Source: an uncultured candidate division Zixibacteria bacterium (lineage in GTDB: Bacteria; Zixibacteria; MSB-5A5; GN15; FEB-12). Taken from it: 64,000 bases of DNA. Of this stretch, positions 55,666 through 64,000 are shown one piece after another (position 1 is the stretch's first letter; each line of letters starts with the position of its first letter). A program made the translations under genes and the position numbers. Below the pieces are notes generated by a model. That model had not been told where the DNA came from. It saw only the letters and a program-made list of their open reading frames with translations, and did no database searches. The stretch is from positions 480,001 through 544,000 of the forward strand of contig CAWDXE010000001.1 of NCBI GenBank assembly GCA_963806185.1, given 5' to 3'.

Positions 55666-56488
55666 TTACTCGTGACTCGTCCCGTTTCCCTTCCAGTTTG
55701 CTGGCGGAAACGGCCAGCTGAAACAATCCAAGTGAGCCCCGGAAAGAGCATGAAAAGCACAGGTGAGGCTCTCATAGGTTTCGTCTGGCCGAGGTGCCCG
55801 ATCTTGATGGGTTAAGGGTTGAGGTGGTACCCCTTTGATTGTGATGTGCCACACTGGGAGACTATCTCCTTCGGTTGATGTGACTATCAAGAGACGGCCG
55901 ATGATTTCGAGCGCTTGGCTGGGAGCAGTTATGATGTAATTCCCGGCCAGCAGGTCACCAAACTTGATCTCAGGCACACCGGTAAATCGGCCGAGGACTT
56001 TCTCTCCCACCCAGCCATACTGTTCGATGAGCCTCTGCGGTCAGTGGATCTGGAGCAAGGCGCGGATCACGTCCCGCGAGGCGATGCTCGACCCTCAACA
56101 GGTCGCCTGTTTCCGCATTGAGGATAACGTTGAAAGCCATGTACGACCGATGACCAGGCAGGCTGTCGTGAGAGAAGCAGGAGACGCATACCGAATCGTA
56201 ATGAACACTCCATACCACCTGAGAATCAGTCGACACATACGGTGCGAGACTGTCGACTGTTGTTGTCAAATGGGCGCTCGCGCTTCCGACAGCTTGGCGC
56301 GTGGAGGTTGCTCCAAAGCGAGTATACTTGTCGGCCAGTTCGATAGCCGAGGCTTCTGAAGCCACTTTAGCCGATGGCGATAATTGACCTTCAGCCGCGA
56401 CGGCAATTGAACACCCGCAAAGAAGAATCCCCACAATGCATGAGATTCCAGCTCCTGCCAACCCGTATCGCTTCAACGGTTCAAACAT
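55666..56488 (-). CDS. Hypothetical secreted PepSY-like protein, paralog of 8791-9615; apparent frameshift near 56030
   Basis: Two overlapping ORFs align collinearly with the 8791-9615 protein. Confidence 0.55.
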
Positions 56489-56692
56489 GAACTACCTCAT
56501 TGAAGGTGGTGTAAGCCGATTCCAATATCCCGTGGGTTTCCTCCATGCCGCCGGCCATGTTCACATTTGCGCCGAATAAGTCGTAGTCGTAGCATACAGT
56601 GTCCAAAATGCGACGGGCGACTCGCTCGTTGCATCATTAGAAACATAGTAAGGATTGTCTACGGAAGCAAGTGATTGAATTGACAGCCCTGC

Positions 56693-57172
56693 CCCGGGAC
56701 CACAGGGGTCCCGGGCTACAAGAGAAGAGAAATACGCGCAGGCAAGTACGGTGGACTCTGAGATCCTGAACCTTTAAGAAAAGGTTCAGGATGACAATAT
56801 ACAGGAAGTAGTAGGGCAGCACCGATGCGAGTCTTCGAGCGGGTGCTGCCGTCTTCATGTTTCATTCATGGCAGCATCCGGCGCCAAGAGGCGCCATCGA
56901 TGCTGCCCTACAGAGTGAGCTTGCACCCTCGCTCTACGGGTTGGGGTGAGGGCATGGAAGGTAATGCGTCGGGTCACACGGCGATAAGAATCGCCGCAGG
57001 ACCTGACGCAACAGCCAACACGAGACGCACACCGGAGATGAAAAAAGAAACGGTCAGGCTCGGGAGCCTGACCGCACGTAAGCTGGATCCTACAGTCAGG
57101 GGCGCAAGGCCCCTGACCTACAAGACAAACCAACAAGACCTACAGGTCGAAACCACAGGGGTTTCGACCTCC
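56693..57172. repeat. Mosaic cluster of eight REP-like palindromes
   Basis: Hairpins at 56693-56719, 56763-56792, 56811-56850, 56870-56911, 56965-57010, 57051-57074, 57095-57121 and 57144-57172; several carry GTAG/GGAG feet. Confidence 0.8.
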
Positions 57173-57176
57173 AAAA

Positions 57177-57720
57177 TCACTTCGCGTCCATAAGTTGGCA
57201 TTCAAAGAACAAGGTCGAGTTCGGTGGTATCGCACCACCCATCCCCTGCTCACCGTACGCCAACTGCGGCGGGACGATCAACAGACCGCTTGCCGCCCAC
57301 CTTCATCCCGACCAGTCCTTCGTCCCAGCCGGCAATCACTTCCCGGTTACCCAGCACCAACGGATACGGCTTGCCGCGCGGAATTGAGGAATCAAGCGGG
57401 CTCCCCTTCTTCTGTCCGTCCACGTAGAGCCAGACGGTGTAATCCACAGCGACATGCTTCCCGGCGACAGCCTCCGCACCGGTCCCCACTTTTTCATCGA
57501 AGTACTTCAAACCAGACTTGGTCGTCACGTATTCCACTTTTTTCTCCGCAGCTTTGGCCGTATCGGCCCTGGTTGAATCGGCGATCTTGAACGGAGCCGG
57601 CTTGGTTGTGTCGGCGACTTTGGCCGGGGCTGTCTTGTCGGCGGCTGGTTTGTCGCCCGAAGCACAGGCATTCAGGCCGAGCGCCGCGAAAGCAAACAAA
57701 CAGACAATGGTCTTCCTCAT
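57177..57720 (-). CDS. FKBP-type peptidyl-prolyl isomerase lipoprotein; apparent frameshift near 57285
   Basis: Lipobox LNAC; SGLKYFD, DSS, VIAGWDEG..GMKVGGKR; then LIVPPQLAYG...IPPNSTL. Confidence 0.9.
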
Positions 57721-57778
57721 CGTGATTCCCTTCCTATCGTTAACAGTTTTCGGAAATTCCATCAGCAATCAATACGTG

Positions 57779-59060
57779 TCAATTAGACACAGTAATTGTC
57801 TCATCCCGTTTCGCGCCGGTCGACACGATGCGCGATTGTCACACCCAGATCATTGGCAATGAACTGGAGATACTCGCGCGCTTTCTCCGGCAACTGAGCA
57901 AACGTCGTGACACCGGTGGTATCGGTGTGCCAGCCGGCGACGGACTTGTACACCGGCTTGACGCGCGCCAGGGCCGCCAGATCAAGCGGGACCTCGTGCA
58001 AGGTCTGACCGTCGAGTTCGTACGCCACACAGACTTTGAGTTCGGGCAGATCATCGAGTACGTCGAGCTTGGTGATGGCAATGGAGTCCACCCCGTTGAT
58101 GCGCACGACGTGGCGCAATTGCACCAGATCGAGCCAGCCGCAGCGACGGGGACGGCCCGTGGTGGCGCCGAATTCGTCACCCTGCGTACGGATCTTTTCG
58201 CCCAGGGCGTCGACCAGTTCGGTCGGGAAGGGCCCGGCACCGACGCGCGTCGTATATGCCTTTACCACGCCCACGACTTCATCGATCATTTTGGGACCGA
58301 CACCAAGGCCGGTCAGCACACCGCCAACGGTCGTGTTGCTTGAGGTGGCAAAGGGGTAGGTGCCGAGATCGACGTCGAGCATCGAGCCTTGCGCCCCCTC
58401 ATACAGAATCGACTTGCCCGCTTTCTGCGCTTTCTGCAGGCAAAGCGAAACATCGACCACCATCGGGCGGAAGAATTCGACCAGTTCCATGAGGCGTCGA
58501 AACGTGAGTTCGACGTCGGCGCGTTCATCGCTTGAACCCTCGAAATATCTCGCTTTGATAGACCGATTGTAGGCCAGGCGCGCCTTGAGTCGGTCGGGGC
58601 TGAAGAGGTCGACCATGCGGATACCATGACGAGCAACCTTGTCGACATAAGCCGGACCGATGCCGCGCTGCGTGGTGCCGAGCGAGCTGGTGCCGCGCGC
58701 TTCCTCCTCGACCGCGTCAATCAACTTATGATACGGCAGGACCAGATTGGCAGCCGGTGAGACGAAGATACGGCCCGCGTAGTCGACGCCACGCTTGTGC
58801 AGAGCGTCGAGTTCATCCTTGAATTTGAACGGGTCGAGCACGACCCCGTTGCCAATATAGCACACCTTCCCGGGATGGAGAATGCCGGAAGGAACCAGGT
58901 GCAGGACGAATTTCTCGCTGCCAACATGAATGGTATGACCGGCGTTGGCGCCTCCCTGGTGGCGGGCGATGATGTCCGCCTCAGCGGCCAGCAAGTCGAC
59001 GATCTTACCTTTACCTTCGTCCCCCCACTGACACCCGATAATGACTCTGTTTTTCCCCAT
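57779..59060 (-). CDS. purA: Adenylosuccinate synthetase; apparent frameshift near 57830
   Basis: QWGDEGKGK, GGANAGHT, EGAQG, GATTGRPRRCGWLD, TKLDVL. Confidence 0.97.
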
Positions 59061-59063
59061 CGG

Positions 59064-59670
59064 TTATGACACTCGCTTCCGCTTGGTGTGTTCGGCGAGC
59101 AGCTCGCGCACGGCGCTCGTCAGTTCATTCTTTCCCGTTCCGGCCACGGTTGAAAACGGAAGGGCATCCACGCCCAGTTCCGTTTCAATCTGGCGAACTC
59201 TTCTTGTTCAGCTGGTCCCGTCCGACTTTGTCGGCCTTGGTGATCACGGCCAGCACCGGCAGGCGGCGATCGACCAGCCAGTTGATGAGTTGCCGATCTT
59301 CATCAGTTGGGTCGCGACGGCTATCCAGCAACAAAAGAAGGCCGGCCAGTTCCTGGCCGGTTGTCAGATACTGCTCGATCAATGACCCCCAGGTTGCTTT
59401 GACCGACTTGGCAACCTTGGCATACCCGTATCCGGGCAAGTCGACAAAATAGAAGGTATCATCAATTCGGAAAAAATTCAAGGACCGTGTCTTGCCCGGT
59501 GTGCCGGAGACCTTGGCCAGCCCCTTGCGGTTCCACAACTTATTGAGAAGTGAGGACTTGCCTACATTAGACCGCCCCGCTACGGCCACCTGAGGGGAAC
59601 CGTCACGAGGCAGTTGATCCATCCGAAAGACCGACGTGGCAAACTCGGCCACAAATGATTTGGCGATCTC
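59064..59670 (-). CDS. engB: GTP-binding protein EngB/YihA; start uncertain; apparent frameshift near 59200
   Basis: GRSNVGKSSLLN, PGKT, DLPGYGYA, TKADK. Confidence 0.93.
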
Positions 59671-59714
59671 TATCGCTCCTTCCCGAAATACATCTGATCC
59701 GCAGAGCAACTCAC

Positions 59715-62140
59715 CTATCGCAGGTGAGCGGCCGGCTGACTTCCAGCCGTGCGATGAGCCTTCGTCCGCGCGAAGGGTGATCTCGTCATGGCCAATCGTA
59801 AGGCTTCGTCAATCGTCGAGACCAAGTGCAGCTTCAGCCCCTCCTTCAATTCTGGGGGAAGCTCGACGAGGTCCTTTCGATTGCGCGAAGGAATGATGAT
59901 CTCGGTAATGCCCGCCCGTTTGGCCGCGAGCAATTTCTCGTTGAGTCCACCGATTGGCAGGACATCACCACCCAGAGTGATCTCGCCGGTCATGGCGATG
60001 TCGGTGCGAACGGCAATCTTGCTGACTGATGACAGCAGGGCCACCAACAGGGTAATACCGGCCGAGGGTCCGTCTTTCGGCACAGCGCCCTCCGGGATAT
60101 GCACGTGCAGTTCCAGCGAATCGAAGAAGTCTTCCTTCAAATTGAAACGCTCGGCGTGATTACGAATGTACGACAGGGCGGCCGTGCCCGATTCGCGCAT
60201 GACATCGCCCAGCGAACCGGTTAAGGTCAGGGTCGCTTTCCCCTTCATGGGCACAACCTCGACCGGCAATGCCTCTCCGCCCATTTCTGTCCAGGCGAGA
60301 CCGACAGCATAGCCGATGGTCGGTTCTGTCTTGAGATTGGTTTCGACGAATTTCCGTGGGGCCGAGTGTCCGATTTACCGCCGCAGGCGTGACGTTGAGG
60401 CTCTTGAACTTCTTCCCTCCCGCCAGATCGACTGCCGCCTTGCGAAGGATCGCGCTGAGCTGACGTTCCAGTTCGCGCACGCCGGCTTCGCGGGTGTAGT
60501 AGCGGATGATTTCAAAGAACGCCTTTTCGTCGAAATTGGTCACCACGTTCTCCAGACCAAGATCGTGGCGGAGTTTGGGCAGGAGGTACTCCTTGCCAAT
60601 GGCCGCCTTTTCGAAGTCGAGATAACCGGGCAGGCGGATGATCTCCATTCGGTCGCGAAGCGCCTCGGGAATGGCGCTGAGAGAATTGGCGGTCGTGATG
60701 AACAGAATATGCGACAGGTCGCTCTCGACTTCGAGATAATTATCGTAAAATGAATTGTTCTGCTCCGGATCGAGTACCTCGAGCAGAGCCGCCGCGGGGT
60801 CACCACGGAAGTCAGCGCCGATCTTGTCGATTTCGTCGAGGAGAAAGACCGGGTTAATCGAACCGGCCTTCTTCAGTGACTGAATGATTCGCCCCGGCAG
60901 CGCGCCTATGTAGGTACGGCGATGCCCGCGGATTTCGGCCTCGTCGTGAATGCCGCCGAGCGACATGCGCACGAACTTGCGTCCCATCGCACGAGCAACC
61001 GATCGTCCCACCGAAGTCTTCCCTACTCCGGGCGGGCCGACGAGACAGAGAATCGGACCTTTGACTTTTCCTGAGAGGCGAATGACGGCGAGGTGTTCGA
61101 GAATGCGCCGTTTGGCCTTCTCCAGACCATAATGGTCGCCGTCGAGAATGGTGCGAACCTCGTTGAAGTCAGTCCGATCCGTGGTGTGAACATTCCACGG
61201 TATGGCCAGGAGCCAGTCGACGTAGGAGCGAATGACCCCCGCTTCGGCTGAGTACGGATGCATCTTCGATAGTTTGCGAATCTCTTCCTCGGCTTTGGCG
61301 CGAACGCGATCGGGGTAGTCACCGCTCTCGAGCTTGCCGAAAAGGTCCTCAACTTCGGCGCCGGCATCGTCACCCTGCCCCAATTCATCCTTGATCGCCT
61401 TTAGCTGCTGCTGCAGATAGATCTCGCGTTGTGTGCGTGACATAGACTCGCGCACGCTACCGTCAATCTTCTGCTCGATTTTCAGAATCTCAATTTCCTC
61501 GCGCAGGATTTCGGCCAGAGCAAGGAACTGGTCCTTCGATGAATTGGTCTCGAGCAGTCGTTGCTTGACCTCAATGCGGTGTAACAAGTGAGCAGAGATG
61601 GTGTCGGCAGTGAGGTCGTGACTTTCGACCGAGGCCAGCGTGACCAGAATCTCATCGGGAATACGGCGATTGAGCCGGACATAGTCGGTGAACTGATCGG
61701 AAACGGTACGGGCAAGCGCGGTAGTCTCGCGATCGGTTGGCTCGTTGTCGCGGCGAATCAGTTGGAAGCGGGCCGTCATGAAACCGTTGGTCCGGCTCTG
61801 GCGTTTCCAGCCGGGCCCGGACAAGCCCCTCGACCAGCACCTTGAGGGTGCCGTTGGGCATCTTCATCACCTGCAATATTCGGGCAACCACGCCGATCGG
61901 AAACAGGTCGTTTTGTTTGGGATTATCGACGGCCGGCGATTTCTGGGCCACCAGCAGGATCTGCTTGCTGTTGACCATCGCCTCCTGCAGCGCCTTGACC
62001 GTAAACTTCCGGCCCACCAACAGCGGGTAGATCATGTGCGGGAAGATGACTATGTCGCGCAGCGGGATAACCGGCAGACTGGCCTGAATTTCAATATTTT
62101 CAGAATTGTACAGAACGTGCATTTCAACATCTCGTTTCAT
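59715..62140 (-). CDS. lon: ATP-dependent Lon protease; apparent frameshifts near 61815 and 60360
   Basis: LPVIPLRD N-domain, GPPGVGKT, IRGHRRTYIG, PKDGPSAG, IGGLNEK. Confidence 0.96.
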
Positions 62141-62366
62141 TCAATCGCCCTTCTTGAGCATGGTTCAACATCAACATACTTGACAGATCAGGTTCTCAAA
62201 AGCACTTTTTCGGACCAGTGCCCAAAGGTGATACGTGGCGATACGGGCCGGCGACCAAAGATAGTGGGACCTCACTACCCATCCCTATGAGATGATTGCG
62301 CATAGGCTTAGTGAGAACTTTCTTTTAAACTTGCCTCCTTGGGGACGTCGCCCTTTATTCGAGCCC

Positions 62367-62729
62367 ATGCCACGACGGATACGCCAACGCCCCTCTCTGC
62401 TGACACCGGCCGGATCGTTCATTCGACGACTCTCCGACGCCGACACCCGCATGCGGCGCCGGCTGTTTATCCTCTCGATCATCGTTATCGTCTGCTTTTC
62501 GGCCTATTCGCTCGTCAGCGGCGAATATGGTGTGCCGCGTATCGTAAAACTTAACTTGCAGAGAAAGACCCTCGAGGACAGCAATCGCCTGCGCCTGGCT
62601 GAGCTAGTCGACGCCGACCGCGAGCGAAACATGCTGAAATTTGATCATAGCTATATCGAGTTTATCGCCCGCACCAAGTACCACATGGCCGCTCCGGATG
62701 AGACGATCTACCGGTATCGCGGACGGTGA
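62367..62729 (+). CDS. Septum formation initiator family protein (FtsB/DivIC)
   Basis: One TM helix, GEYG, coiled coil, YIEFIAR..HMAAPDETIY. Confidence 0.75.
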   Translation: MPRRIRQRPSLLTPAGSFIRRLSDADTRMRRRLFILSIIVIVCFSAYSLVSGEYGVPRIVKLNLQRKTLEDSNRLRLAELVDADRERNMLKFDHSYIEFIARTKYHMAAPDETIYRYRGR

Positions 62730-62734
62730 GTGGT

Positions 62735-63529
62735 ATGGGGCTGGAGACTACCGACGCCATCCTTCTCAAAGCTTTCAACTGGTCAGAGTCATCGCGGACA
62801 GTCGTATTTCTGAGTCGCGAGCGGGGTAAGCTACCGCTGGTCGACAAAGGGGGAAGATCGTTTGCCACCAAGCGGGGGCGGATTATGCCGTTCGCGCGCA
62901 TGGAGGTGACTTTTTATGCCACCAATCGCGAAGCCAACGGATATATCCGAGAGATCGCGCTCGTAGAACTGTTCAACATGGAAAAGGATGGCTCACTTGG
63001 GCGAATCGGTTACGGCTCAGCCGCCCTGGAACTACTCTCTCAACTCCTGCCTCAGGAAGAGCCGGTTGAGGCACTCTATGATTACACAACATCCTATTTG
63101 CGATACTTGAGTACTGTCGACAAGCGTCATCTGCCGGCGCTGTTCATTACGTATTATCTGCGGCTGATGTCGCAATTGGGGTATCACCCATCACTGGCCT
63201 GGTGTGCCGGCTGCGAGAAAGAACTGGCCAAAGCGACAACCGCCGAGGGCATGATCATCTTTTCGCCTGAACGTGGAGGGGTCGTCTGTCCCTCTTGCCA
63301 AACCGTGGGCGAGTATTATATTGGCATTTCTTTGCCGGACATGGAGATGTTGGCGAGGCTTCAGCGGGCCAACCTGGCTGAAGGGAGTACTGAAGTGCTC
63401 GGTTTTGATCGGGCCGGGGTCCTTCTGGAGGCGCTGACCCGGTTCCTTCGCTTCCATTCCGGCATGGTGAATGACGTGAAATCGCTCACGTTTCTGGAGA
63501 AACTGAAGAAGAGTCAGATGAATCGCTAG
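62735..63529 (+). CDS. recO: DNA repair protein RecO
   Basis: AILLK...ESSRTV...GK OB fold; LGYHPSL..CAGC...GGVVCPSC zinc finger. Confidence 0.9.
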   Translation: MGLETTDAILLKAFNWSESSRTVVFLSRERGKLPLVDKGGRSFATKRGRIMPFARMEVTFYATNREANGYIREIALVELFNMEKDGSLGRIGYGSAALELLSQLLPQEEPVEALYDYTTSYLRYLSTVDKRHLPALFITYYLRLMSQLGYHPSLAWCAGCEKELAKATTAEGMIIFSPERGGVVCPSCQTVGEYYIGISLPDMEMLARLQRANLAEGSTEVLGFDRAGVLLEALTRFLRFHSGMVNDVKSLTFLEKLKKSQMNR

Positions 63530-63538
63530 AGAGGAAAT

Positions 63539-64000
63539 ATGGCTACCGCAAAACCCGCCGATGACGTCATGGAAAAACTGGTCTCGCTCAGCAAACGCCG
63601 GGGATATGTTTTCCCATCATCGGAAATCTACGGCGGCCTCAATTCCTGCTGGGACTACGGCCCGCTTGGCGCCGAACTGAAGCGAAACATCAAGAGCTTC
63701 TGGTGGGACGCTATGACTAACCGACGCGACGACGTCGAAGGCCTCGATGCCGCAATCCTGATGCACCCGCAGGTCTGGCATACGTCCGGCCACGTGGCCG
63801 AGTTTGTCGATCCGATGGTCGACTGCAAGAAGTGCAAAGGGCGTTTTCGCGCGGACAAGCTGGACGAATCCGCCTGTCTGCTCAAGCCGTCCAGGACGCC
63901 GCACACCTGCGGCATGGCGGAACTGACCGAGGTTCGCAATTTCAACCTGATGTTCAAGACGTTCATGGGGCCCGTCGAAGACGACTCCGCCACGATTTAC
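63539..64000 (+). CDS. glyS: Glycine--tRNA ligase (alpha2 type), 5' part
   Basis: [23 protein letters not shown]...[10 protein letters not shown]...[14 protein letters not shown]...FNLMFKT; runs off the window. Confidence 0.95.
   Translation, partial: MATAKPADDVMEKLVSLSKRRGYVFPSSEIYGGLNSCWDYGPLGAELKRNIKSFWWDAMTNRRDDVEGLDAAILMHPQVWHTSGHVAEFVDPMVDCKKCKGRFRADKLDESACLLKPSRTPHTCGMAELTEVRNFNLMFKTFMGPVEDDSATIY

Noticed and set aside
56693..57172. CRISPR array or integron attC array
   Set aside because: The palindromes differ in sequence and spacing, there are no constant repeat-spacer units, no cas or intI genes, and no ORFs between the hairpins.

Overview
GC-rich bacterial chromosomal window. Gene content suggests an FCB-type diderm such as Zixibacteria (inference only). 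About 20 apparent small frameshifts fall in otherwise intact housekeeping genes, most likely long-read indel errors. Left to right: (1) a minus-strand uptake/deacylase operon (beta-propeller lipoprotein, outer-membrane barrel, DctM-like permease, AstE/AspA deacylase) with a sigma-54 promoter and a divergent sensor kinase plus NtrC-type regulator; (2) a ~4.1 kb integrase-free island at the 3' end of tRNA-Asn made of two tandem cassettes, bounded by att-like TAAAGCTCCCC cores, sharing an identical 165-bp end, and each carrying a 5'-truncated ORF plus downstream genes (one looks like an RHS toxin tip plus immunity gene); (3) PDZ protein, hprK, two parvulin PPIases, S4 protein, AAA/vWA pair; (4) a truncated RAYT/IS200-type transposase with REP-like hairpins; (5) gmd-rmd-nucleotide sugar dehydrogenase, HEAT + HD-GYP pair, exosortase-EpsI-UbiA; (6) a complete alternative complex III + caa3 (A2-type) oxidase operon with a CtaA-SCO fusion; (7) NrdR-boxed nrdJ; (8) a second variable patch with a REPIN-like remnant, a paralog of an island gene and a dense mosaic of REP-like palindromes; (9) FKBP, purA, engB, lon, ftsB-like gene, recO and the start of glycyl-tRNA synthetase. 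The best novelty candidate is the tRNA-Asn cassette array and its link to REP/RAYT hairpins. No database searches were run.
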